NCBI GenBank assembly: GCA_045537895.1
Contig: JAZSQI010000036.1
Span: 5,157-69,156 of the forward strand
Reading direction: 5' to 3'
DNA length: 64,000 nt
DNA from: Clostridia bacterium
GTDB lineage: Bacteria; Bacillota; Clostridia; TANB77; CAG-465
Below are positions 31,969-40,310 of the stretch, one piece after another (positions within the stretch are counted from its first letter, which is position 1; every line of letters starts with the position of its first letter). The notes below the pieces were generated by a model. It was not told the DNA's origin. It saw nothing but the letters and a program-made list of their open reading frames with translations, and did not search any database. The translations under genes and the position numbers were made by a program.

Positions 31969-32772
31969 CTATTTTGTTATAGTTATATCAACAACGCCAT
32001 AACTTTTATCAACCACTTCTCCTTCATTTAAAAGCATGTGGAATTTATTTTCTTTAACATAGAATTGTTCCATACCAGTTATAGTATAATTATATTTGCT
32101 TTCAGCTATCATTTTTGAAGCAATAACTGTACTTTTTACTTGTTCACGTATAAGAGCTGAATAATTTGACCCTAAAACTTCAAGAGCAGTATCTTCCTGA
32201 GAAAGTAATTTTTTTTCTGCCAAGTCAATATTATATGCATCAACTCTATCTGTTGTAGTAGAACCAAGCGCATTATCTATTATTCTCTCATGAATTGTTA
32301 TAGAAATAATTCTTCTATCTCCTACTTTATTTTCATATTTTTTATGTGTTACTTTATATGTAAATTTATTCTCTGCATTTTTCATCTGTTCAAGCATTGT
32401 ACTTGCTCTATCTTCATAATGTTTTTTAATATCGTTATTTATTTCATCCAAAGCAATACCGTTTATACTAACTACTGGAAGCGACATATTAATACTAAAA
32501 TTACCTTCTTTATTAGTAACTGCTTCAGCTGCTACATCATATGTTATATCATCTAAATTAATAGTATTTGTACTTGTTACTTCCTCAGCCTTATCTTCCT
32601 CATCATATATTTCTACATCTTTTAACGGATCTTTTCCTAATACCGTAGGTTTTGGCTCATTTATTATAGAGTAAGCAACAAGGGTTGTCCCAAGTATTAT
32701 AAATAGAAAATATGCATATACTCCTACGCTTTTTCTTTTCTTTCTTATCTTGTTATAACTCATTGTTTCCAT
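31969..32772 (-). CDS. Membrane-anchored extracytoplasmic protein, unknown function
   Basis: Basic N-terminus plus one TM segment, followed by a ~220-aa soluble domain. Confidence 0.55.
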   Translation of the reverse strand: METMSYNKIRKKRKSVGVYAYFLFIILGTTLVAYSIINEPKPTVLGKDPLKDVEIYDEEDKAEEVTSTNTINLDDITYDVAAEAVTNKEGNFSINMSLPVVSINGIALDEINNDIKKHYEDRASTMLEQMKNAENKFTYKVTHKKYENKVGDRRIISITIHERIIDNALGSTTTDRVDAYNIDLAEKKLLSQEDTALEVLGSNYSALIREQVKSTVIASKMIAESKYNYTITGMEQFYVKENKFHMLLNEGEVVDKSYGVVDITITK

Positions 32773-32927
32773 ATAAATTACATCTCCTTTTAATCTTTAT
32801 TCTTAATATTTTCTATAGCATCTTTAATATCTTCTGGAATATTATTTACTTTGTCTTTAATCTCATCTATATCTATCTTTTCCTTTATATTATCTATAAA
32901 ATTAACTCGATTATTTATGTTTGTTTT

Positions 32928-33383
32928 TTATTTTTCTTCAGTTTCTACATTCTCTTTTTCTTCTGCAAAGTAACCTCTTTTTACGTTCTCACTATATTCT
33001 TTATCTTTCTTTAATTTAGTAACAAGATTAATTACAAAATAAATAATATTTATAGCAATAACTATGCTAAAGAGAGCTCTTGGAAAAGTCATGTATGCTT
33101 TGTCACAATCATCCTCCAAAAGTACCCCATGTGGTCCAAGTCTAGATACTAAAACAGCAGATATTATGCTAAAGACTATATATATTCCGATAGTAAATAA
33201 ATTTATAACTTCAATATAATCTCTTCTTTTTATCTTCCATAGTTTTCTAAACATATATATATTGGCAAACATAATAATTAAACAAATTAAAATGCCAAAA
33301 TTAGTAAACGGTTCTATTAAATATTCAGATAATTTTTCAGGTATAGTATGAACCTCATTTGCTGCAACATATTGTGGATTCAT
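32928..33383 (-). CDS. Membrane protein (3-4 TM), unknown function
   Basis: 151 aa, 10 nt downstream of pta. Confidence 0.5.
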   Translation of the reverse strand: MNPQYVAANEVHTIPEKLSEYLIEPFTNFGILICLIIMFANIYMFRKLWKIKRRDYIEVINLFTIGIYIVFSIISAVLVSRLGPHGVLLEDDCDKAYMTFPRALFSIVIAINIIYFVINLVTKLKKDKEYSENVKRGYFAEEKENVETEEK

Positions 33384-33393
33384 ATAATCCCTC

Positions 33394-34395
33394 CTAATTA
33401 TTATCTCCCATTGCTTGAACTGCAGTTATTGCAATTACTCCTACGATATCTTCTGCAATACATCCTCTTGATAAATCATTAATTGGTTTTGCTAAACCTT
33501 GTGTTATTGGTCCATAAGCATTTGCCTTAGCAAATCTTTGAACTAATTTATATCCTATATTCCCTGCGTTTAAATCTGGAAATATAAATACATTCGCATC
33601 TCCTGCCACATCACTTTCAGGAGCTTTTAAATTTGCAACAGTTTTATCTACTGCAGCGTCTAATTGTAACTCACCATCAATTTTTATATCAGGTCTTCTT
33701 TCTCTTACTATGTTAAGTGAATTCTTAACGCTTTCTATACTATCAGACTTAGCGCTTCCTTTTGTTGAATATGAAAGCATTGCTACTTTTGCCTCTTCTC
33801 CTAAAAGAAGTTTGCAACTTTCACTAGATTCTATAGCAATCTCAGCTCTTTGCTCGTCTGTTGGAAACTCAACTAGCCCACTATCTGCAAATATATATGC
33901 ATCTTTGTAATTAGAATTTGGTATTTCCATTATAAAGAAAGCTGATACACATTTAGCTCCTTTTTTTGTCTTTATTATTTGAAGTGCTGGTCTTAAAGTG
34001 TCTGCAGTAGAATGACATGCTCCACAAACAAGTCCATCTGCTAAATTTTCTTTAATCATCATTACACCAAAGTATATATAATCATGTACTAACTCATTTG
34101 CTTTTTCTTCTGTCATTCCTTTTTCTTTTCTTAACTCGTAAAGTTTTTTTGCAAATCCATCTGTATACTCAGAAGTTTCAGGATCAATTATTTCCACTCC
34201 AGCTAAATCTATATTTTCAATTTTGCAAATTTCTTCTATTTTTTCTTTATTTCCAACAACTATTATCTTAGCTATATTCTCCTCTGTAGCTACTGATGAT
34301 GCCTTAAGCACTCTTATATCTTCGCTTTCTGGAAGAACTATTTTCTTTACATTACTTCTTGCTCTTTCTTTTATTTTTGAAATTACAGTTTCCAT
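33394..34395 (-). CDS. pta: Phosphate acetyltransferase (333-aa PTA_PTB type)
   Basis: Typical short-form Pta length and pattern (IVLPE.ED.RVL ... DLSRG). Substrate (acetyl or butyryl) cannot be resolved from the sequence alone. Confidence 0.8.
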   Translation of the reverse strand: METVISKIKERARSNVKKIVLPESEDIRVLKASSVATEENIAKIIVVGNKEKIEEICKIENIDLAGVEIIDPETSEYTDGFAKKLYELRKEKGMTEEKANELVHDYIYFGVMMIKENLADGLVCGACHSTADTLRPALQIIKTKKGAKCVSAFFIMEIPNSNYKDAYIFADSGLVEFPTDEQRAEIAIESSESCKLLLGEEAKVAMLSYSTKGSAKSDSIESVKNSLNIVRERRPDIKIDGELQLDAAVDKTVANLKAPESDVAGDANVFIFPDLNAGNIGYKLVQRFAKANAYGPITQGLAKPINDLSRGCIAEDIVGVIAITAVQAMGDNN

Positions 34396-34409
34396 ATTTA
34401 ACTTACTCC

Positions 34410-35003
34410 TTAAAATAATTTATTTTCTTCTTTATTTATAATTCTTTTTATGTTTGCTCTATGTTTGTATATTATAATAAAGGCTGCTATACATACTCCA
34501 ACAGCATATTTAGGTTCTAGTACAAGTATCATAATTGCAAAAAGTCCTATTGCACTTACACTACCTAAAGATACCATTCTTCCAATTATTATAATTATAA
34601 CACCTACAATTATACAAACTAGTGCTGGTTTTGGTGCTATTATTGAACAAGCAATAAGCATAGCTGCAACACCTTTTCCACCTTTAAAATTATAATATAT
34701 AGGGTAACAATGACCTATTATTGAACCAACTAAGTAAAAAGATTTTGAAGCAGCTGTAGCTCCATCACCAAACAAATTAACTAAAACAAGCATTAACCAG
34801 TATGATACTACTACTTTAAAAGAATCTAGTATAAATACAAGTGCTCCCCAGCCTTTTCCCATTGTTCTTAATGCATTAGTTGTTCCAGCATTTCCACTTC
34901 CAACTTTTCTTATATCAGTTCCTATTACTTTTTTGCTAAGTATTATTGCTGGATTTATTGAACATACTAAATATGAAAATATAAATACAAATACATTTAA
35001 CAT
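34410..35003 (-). CDS. plsY: Glycerol-3-phosphate acyltransferase PlsY
   Basis: GSGNAGTTN and FKGGKGVA motifs. 197 aa, polytopic. Confidence 0.92.
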   Translation of the reverse strand: MLNVFVFIFSYLVCSINPAIILSKKVIGTDIRKVGSGNAGTTNALRTMGKGWGALVFILDSFKVVVSYWLMLVLVNLFGDGATAASKSFYLVGSIIGHCYPIYYNFKGGKGVAAMLIACSIIAPKPALVCIIVGVIIIIIGRMVSLGSVSAIGLFAIMILVLEPKYAVGVCIAAFIIIYKHRANIKRIINKEENKLF

Positions 35004-35021
35004 TATTTATTCCTCCAAATA

Positions 35022-36350
35022 TTAAACCTCTTTTTCATTTTTCCCTCTAGCCATAATTACTATTGGTGTTCCTTCTAAATCAAAATTCTTCCTTATATGA
35101 TTTTCCAAATATCTTAGATATGAAAAATGCATAAGCTCTTTATCATTTACAAACGCTACGAAAGTAGGTGGTTTGTTTCTTACTTGAGTCACATAGTATA
35201 CTTTTAATCTTTTACCTTTTTCCACATTAGGTGGGGTAACTGCTAAAGCTTCAATTATTACATCATTTAAAATACTAGTAGATACTCTAAAGTTATTAGC
35301 TTTGTATACTTTATTTATCATTTCAAATAATTTTTCAACTCTTTGACCTGTTTTTGTTGATATAAACACAATAGGAGCATAAGACATAAATTTAAAGTTT
35401 TCTCTTACTCTTTTCTTGTATGAATCAAAAGTTGTATCTCCTTTATTTATTAAATCCCATTTGTTTATTGCTATTATCATAGCTTTACCTTTTTCATGAG
35501 CATAACCTGCAATTTTTTCATCTTGCTCTGTAACTCCTTCTGTTGCATCAATCATTATAATACAAACGTCAGCCCTATCAATTGCAGATTGTGCTTTAAG
35601 TACGCTATATTTTTCTATTTTATCATATACTTTACTTTTTCTTCTTATTCCAGCTGTATCAATAAAAGTATATTTCCCATAATTATTTTCAAAATCGCTA
35701 TCTATTGCATCTCTTGTAGTTCCTGCTATGTCACTTACTATTGTTCTTTCTTCACCTAAAATATAATTTACTAAAGATGATTTTCCTACATTTGGCTTAC
35801 CAATTATTGCAACATTTATTCTCTCATCATCTTCTTCATCAATACTTGTTTTAGGAAAATGAGAGCATATTTCATCTAGCACTTCCCCTATACCAAGTTT
35901 AGCTTTAGCAGATACTGGCATAGGCTCTCCTAAACCTAAATTATAAAATTCGTATATGTCTGCTGGTGGCTTTCCAACATTATCACACTTATTACAAACA
36001 AGAATTACAGGTTTTCTTGTTCTTCTAAGCATTTCTGCTACTTCCTCATCTTGAACTGTGATTCCTGCTTTTACATCAGTTATAAAAACAATAACATCAG
36101 CCATATCCATAGCAAGCTCTGCCTGTCTTCTCATCTGTTTTAAAATTATATCTTCTGATTCTGGTTCTATTCCACCTGTATCTACCACTTGAAACACCTG
36201 TGAACACCATTCTGCATCTGCATATATTCTATCGCGAGTTACACCTGGTCTATCTTCAATTATTGCTAATTTTTCACCTATTAATACGTTAAAAAACGTA
36301 GATTTTCCAACATTTGGTCTTCCTATTATCGCAACTACTGGTTTTACCAT
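35022..36350 (-). CDS. der: Ribosome-associated GTPase Der (EngA)
   Basis: Two tandem G domains (GRPNVGKST, GKPNVGKSS) plus a KH-like C-terminus. Confidence 0.95.
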   Translation of the reverse strand: MVKPVVAIIGRPNVGKSTFFNVLIGEKLAIIEDRPGVTRDRIYADAEWCSQVFQVVDTGGIEPESEDIILKQMRRQAELAMDMADVIVFITDVKAGITVQDEEVAEMLRRTRKPVILVCNKCDNVGKPPADIYEFYNLGLGEPMPVSAKAKLGIGEVLDEICSHFPKTSIDEEDDERINVAIIGKPNVGKSSLVNYILGEERTIVSDIAGTTRDAIDSDFENNYGKYTFIDTAGIRRKSKVYDKIEKYSVLKAQSAIDRADVCIIMIDATEGVTEQDEKIAGYAHEKGKAMIIAINKWDLINKGDTTFDSYKKRVRENFKFMSYAPIVFISTKTGQRVEKLFEMINKVYKANNFRVSTSILNDVIIEALAVTPPNVEKGKRLKVYYVTQVRNKPPTFVAFVNDKELMHFSYLRYLENHIRKNFDLEGTPIVIMARGKNEKEV

Positions 36351-36447
36351 TTTAGGCCTCCTTTTTTACTTATATATTTTACTTTATTTTACACTTTTAG
36401 TCAATAAATATACGGGGAAAAGGTAAAATAAACATAAATTTATCAAT

Positions 36448-36483
36448 AAAAAAACAGATGCTAAACAAAGCACCTGTTTTTTT
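36448..36483 (-). terminator. Intrinsic terminator, copy A of a duplicated 30-nt element
   Basis: The minus strand reads ACAGGTGC-8 nt-GCATCTGT followed by T7. The stem has a G-U pair on the minus strand but an A-C mismatch on the plus strand, which favours minus-strand function. Confidence 0.8.
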
Positions 36484-36485
36484 AT

Positions 36486-36562
36486 GAAAGTTTAGGTAGG
36501 GTGACATTCCTACATCTCCTAACTCAGGGCGACGGCTGCCTGTTCCGTCCTCAGAAACTTTC
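36486..36562 (-). ncRNA. Candidate structured RNA element: 77 nt, GC-rich, three-way junction
   Basis: By my count 39 of 77 nt are G or C, in a strongly AT-rich background. Closing helix GAAAGTTT/AAACTTTC, with internal hairpins GACGG/CCGTC and GTAGG/CCTAC. It directly abuts terminator copy A. Strand and class are not established. Confidence 0.45.
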
Positions 36563-36574
36563 TTAACATATTAT

Positions 36575-36600
36575 ATGTATGAATAAATTATATCATACAT
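36575..36600. other. 8-bp hairpin (ATGTATGA-10 nt-TCATACAT) with TGATATAAT in its loop on the minus strand
   Basis: Read directly from the sequence. It could be a plus-strand terminator (followed by TTATTGTTTTTT) or could carry a minus-strand extended -10 box. Confidence 0.35.
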
Positions 36601-36611
36601 TTATTGTTTTT

Positions 36612-36998
36612 TCAATATTTTTTAGCATATCCCTTTTTTAAATATATTTCTTTTTTTCTACTGGACATTTTAAAGAGTGTTTTTGCAAACATATTTCCCC
36701 TGTTGCTTATTCTTACAGCCACCAATATAAAATCATTATTACTATAATATTCTTTTATATACTCAATAGAATTTTGCATTGGATTCTTTGCAACATATGT
36801 TGGATTATTTAATATTTTTTCTATATCTTTTCCATATTTTTTATAATCCTCCAAATGTTTCCTTTTCATATGTTCTATATTAGTTTCCCCTATTAATATT
36901 GGCAGTTCCTTTTTGAATTCTAAATTTAATAACTTAATTACTCTTTTATTAACTATTCCAATCTGTCTATTTGTATTATGCTTATCTATATTTACTAC
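36612..36998 (-). pseudogene. PBECR-like (phage Barnase/EndoU/colicin-E5/RelE-like) nuclease gene whose frame is offset by +1 from its ATG
   Basis: The frame is open from 36998 to the TGA at 36612 and encodes ...IGIVNKRVIKLLNLEFKKELPILIGETNIEHMKRKHLEDYKKYGKDIEKILNNPTYVAKNP...VAVRISNRGNMFAKTLF.... The only SD-linked ATG (37002) is in another frame and stops after 6 codons. The track ORF 36612-36869 begins in the middle of the conserved IEHMK.KH motif. Confidence 0.55.
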
Positions 36999-37018
36999 TC
37001 ATCTCCTTGCACAAACAG

Positions 37019-37027
37019 ATTATATCA
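37019..37027 (-). promoter_or_regulatory. Extended -10 box (TGATATAAT) for the nuclease cassette
   Basis: Reverse complement of 37019-37027, located 17 nt upstream of the ATG at 37002. Confidence 0.45.
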
Positions 37028-37097
37028 AAAATTTCAATAAATTCTTTTTATATTACAAAACTAGTCATTATATTTTATTTTTCAACAACAAATTAAG

Positions 37098-37127
37098 AAA
37101 ACAGATGCTAAACCAAGCACCTGTTTT
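37098..37127 (-). terminator. Intrinsic terminator, copy B of the duplicated 30-nt element, immediately after the stop of the 854-aa gene
   Basis: AAACAGATGCTAAACCAAGCACCTGTTTT differs from copy A at one loop position. Confidence 0.75.
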
Positions 37128-37128
37128 C

Positions 37129-39693
37129 TTAATTTACTCTTTCTTTAAATTGATTTATAGCTTTTGTAACTACATCACTATTTAAATATTTGTTATCGTC
37201 TTCAAGTTCTCCTATATATTTATTACACATAGTATGATATATCTCATTTGCCTTATTTGAAAGTGGACTAAGCATAATTATTCTATCTGTAAGTTTTAAC
37301 GCATAATTTAAATAAAATGCGTATGCTACCTCTTCACTAGAGAATTGCTCTTTGTATATATCAGCAAATATAATGTAATTTTCTATATATACATCTGCTA
37401 CATCATTTAATACATATTTATCATAGTATTCATATTCTAGCATCTTATCCGTATTTTCTTTTATTTTAATTACTACTCCTTTCAACTCTTTATTTAATTC
37501 TTCTCTTATTTCTTTATCATTTCCTGCATTTATATAGCCTTCTGTTACTAGCTCTTTATATTTATAATATTCTTTATTTAACTCTTTCATGTAGTCCATA
37601 TCGTATCTATCTTGAGATCTTTTTAATTCTAAATATGCAATATTTTCTGCAACTTCAAGTATATTTAAATCTCCTGATTTATTTGGAACCTTAATCAAAC
37701 TTGCTCTATATGCATTTATAGAAAAATATGATGCATAAACAAATGTAACCACAGACATTGAAAGTACTACTATTTTTATATATGACCAGTCTATCTTGCT
37801 TTTACTTTCTTTTATTTTTTCATACATAAATATAGTGTCTATATATGCTTTTAAAAGAAGTGCCGTAACTATAGCAAAAACATATATCATAAATGCATAT
37901 GAAAATGCTAAATCAACTATCATTATACTAAAAAGTAATATATATATCGATGCTATCATAGATATATGCATTTTATCTTCTAAGGAAAATCTTTTAAAGT
38001 TACTTATTAATTTTATTATTATACACACTGAAACACAAAGTATTCCTAAAAATACAACTGTTCCTACTGTTCCAACCTCAACAAGCGATTGAAGCACGGC
38101 AGAATGGGCCTCACTCGACACATACCCTATACTTTGAACACTTGCATAAGTATGCTTAAATCCTTCTCCACCAATTCCTATTATAGGATTTTTCATAAAT
38201 AGTTTAAATGTATCTTTTACATATTCCAATCTGTGATAATCACCATAATATGCTCCACTTAATGTATCTTTAATTTTAAACACTATACTATCAGGTATCA
38301 ATATGTATGACAATTTTATATTTTTATTATTTATTTTAAATCTTTCTATATCTATATTTCCATCTTGTACTTTTATTATTACGCTTATTTTTTTTGCATT
38401 TTTGCTAACTTCAAAATCAACATTAAAAGTATTTTCCTCTTTATTATAATTGTTAAAATTAGCTATCACGTTAGATGTATAATTCTCTTTTATTTCTATA
38501 ATATCAGCCGAATACTTAGCAGAATTGTAGGTATTAACTTTAACATCAAGCTCATTTTCCCCCTCTTTAAAATCATATATACTTCTCTCGATTTCTACTG
38601 GCTCTTGTGTATTACAAACAATTCTTAATTTTTTAGGTGCTATTTGAAGCACTATAGTAATAGCCAAAACAAATATCACAATAATAATTTTCACAAATCT
38701 ATTATTAAGCCCAAATACTTTAAAAACTCTACTTTCTTTTACTATTTTTTCATTTATAAATCTAAAAATTATTCTAATTAGTTCCGTAATTAAAACAAAA
38801 GCTATTGCAAATATTCCTAAAAGTATGTATATCTTCAAATATTCTTTTCTTGATATAGCCATCTCTATTATACTGCTTGAAAAAACAGAAAAAATACCTA
38901 ATATTAATTTATATATTCCTTGTTTTTTACTTATGCATACAAAATTTAGTATGCAATCTACAAATAACAACAAAGCTGATATTATTATTGCTGTTCTAGA
39001 ATCAGTAAGTATAATTGCAGAAAACTCAAGTAAAATAGCAAAAACACAAATTATTTTTTCTATATATTTATTCTTTTTTGCAAGTAAATTAGAAAGTTTA
39101 TTAAAACATATAACAAGTCCAAAAGCTATAACAATTCCTGTCACATTTGCATACTGAATTGTAGCAGATAATCTATCATTATTTGGCAAATACCCAGTCG
39201 ATATAGTATTTAAAAATTTTTCAAATGTTCTAAAAGTTAGTTGATCTATTCCTAATATACTTTGAACTATAGATATAATTACAAATATATTTAAGTATAT
39301 TTTCTCGCTTTTAGTATTTCTAACAATATAATAAATAACTGTCATATTAACATATCTAAGCATTTCAAAAATACTATCTGGCAGACTTACATATTTCTTA
39401 AATATTATGGGTAATAAATATGTAAAAGGTAAAAGAAGCATAAACATATCTAAAAATATTTTTAACTTTGGTCTTACTTTTTTATCTTCACTTTTACTTA
39501 TTACTTCTTTTATTATTTTATATACTAAATATATAGTACCTATAATTGATATTATTGCGTTGGGAAATAAAAAATCTGATTTATAGAAAGAACCCTTATA
39601 TATAGAAGTTATAAAAAGGAGCAGGCATATTATAATGTCTAATATGCCTGTTAAACTTTGAGCAATATAATTTGTTTTTTCAGTTTTTCCCAT
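37129..39693 (-). CDS. O-antigen ligase/polymerase-like polytopic membrane protein with extra soluble domains
   Basis: 854 aa. TDSRTAIIISALLLF and SEAHSAVLQSLVEVG resemble Wzy_C-type motifs. The C-terminal ~200 aa look helical-repeat-like. Confidence 0.6.
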   Translation of the reverse strand: MGKTEKTNYIAQSLTGILDIIICLLLFITSIYKGSFYKSDFLFPNAIISIIGTIYLVYKIIKEVISKSEDKKVRPKLKIFLDMFMLLLPFTYLLPIIFKKYVSLPDSIFEMLRYVNMTVIYYIVRNTKSEKIYLNIFVIISIVQSILGIDQLTFRTFEKFLNTISTGYLPNNDRLSATIQYANVTGIVIAFGLVICFNKLSNLLAKKNKYIEKIICVFAILLEFSAIILTDSRTAIIISALLLFVDCILNFVCISKKQGIYKLILGIFSVFSSSIIEMAISRKEYLKIYILLGIFAIAFVLITELIRIIFRFINEKIVKESRVFKVFGLNNRFVKIIIVIFVLAITIVLQIAPKKLRIVCNTQEPVEIERSIYDFKEGENELDVKVNTYNSAKYSADIIEIKENYTSNVIANFNNYNKEENTFNVDFEVSKNAKKISVIIKVQDGNIDIERFKINNKNIKLSYILIPDSIVFKIKDTLSGAYYGDYHRLEYVKDTFKLFMKNPIIGIGGEGFKHTYASVQSIGYVSSEAHSAVLQSLVEVGTVGTVVFLGILCVSVCIIIKLISNFKRFSLEDKMHISMIASIYILLFSIMIVDLAFSYAFMIYVFAIVTALLLKAYIDTIFMYEKIKESKSKIDWSYIKIVVLSMSVVTFVYASYFSINAYRASLIKVPNKSGDLNILEVAENIAYLELKRSQDRYDMDYMKELNKEYYKYKELVTEGYINAGNDKEIREELNKELKGVVIKIKENTDKMLEYEYYDKYVLNDVADVYIENYIIFADIYKEQFSSEEVAYAFYLNYALKLTDRIIMLSPLSNKANEIYHTMCNKYIGELEDDNKYLNSDVVTKAINQFKERVN

Positions 39694-39743
39694 TAGTTAT
39701 TTCTCCTTTTTATAAATATATTCATTTACAAAAATAATGTTTA

Positions 39744-40238
39744 CTATTTTCTCATTTCATCATAAAAGCTATTTTTATACTCTTCAATTTTATCTTTATC
39801 TATTGTTCCAATTTTAAACATTATTTGTTCATTTAATATTTTATATATTACATCTGTTTTCACTATACTATCTTTATGCAAATGATTTAAATTATCTTTT
39901 TCTAATAATTTATTAGCTTTAAACTTTAATTTTTCTAAATTAGATGATATAAGCATTCCAAAGTTTTCAATAGGTACTGCCGTATTATCTTTATCTATTA
40001 TAACAAAAAGGTGATTAATCCCTTTTTTACCATTAGAATAACTATATTCTTTGACGAATACAATATCACCAATGCTATAATTCACATCATAATGTTCAGT
40101 ACATTCCATTATAACATTTTCTACTTTGCCTTTGTGCCATTCATCCTCTACTGGAAATTCTTCAAATGCTTCTTTTAAATCTCTCACTTTATTATATTTG
40201 TACGCCATTTTTAAGAAATCACTCAATTCTTCTTTCAT
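39744..40238 (-). CDS. PemK/MazF-fold protein with a ~55-aa N-terminal extension
   Basis: GDIVFV...HLFVII...LISS...KDSIVKTDVIYKI...IGTIDKDKI aligns by eye with MazF/EndoA (GDVYFADL...RPVLVI...ITA...RDSVILLEQIRTID). The ATG at 40238 follows an AAAGGAG SD. Confidence 0.5.
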   Translation of the reverse strand: MKEELSDFLKMAYKYNKVRDLKEAFEEFPVEDEWHKGKVENVIMECTEHYDVNYSIGDIVFVKEYSYSNGKKGINHLFVIIDKDNTAVPIENFGMLISSNLEKLKFKANKLLEKDNLNHLHKDSIVKTDVIYKILNEQIMFKIGTIDKDKIEEYKNSFYDEMRK

Positions 40239-40310
40239 AGTAACTCCTTTCAAATCATTATACTAAATTAATATATTTATAACTTAAGCAGAATAATTAT
40301 ATATTTTTAA

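Noticed and set aside
32787-32930. 47 sense codons continue in frame after the TAA of ORF 32928-33383, encoding KTNINNRVNFIDNIKEKIDIDEIKDKVNNIPEDIKDAIENIKNKD.
   Set aside because: There is no start codon or SD for an independent ORF, and no evidence for read-through. An open frame of this length can arise by chance in AT-rich, Lys/Asn/Ile-coding sequence. Noted only.
36486-36562. Whether the GC-rich 77-nt element is a tRNA, a tRNA fragment or a small SRP RNA.
   Set aside because: At 77 nt with a terminal helix it resembles a tRNA. However, neither strand gives a cloverleaf: there is no anticodon arm, the loops are 8-9 nt, and there is no GTTCRANYC T-loop. The SRP-like string GGACGGAACAGGCAGCC lacks a closed GGAA tetraloop and the long single-hairpin shape. 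I therefore left it as an unclassified candidate.
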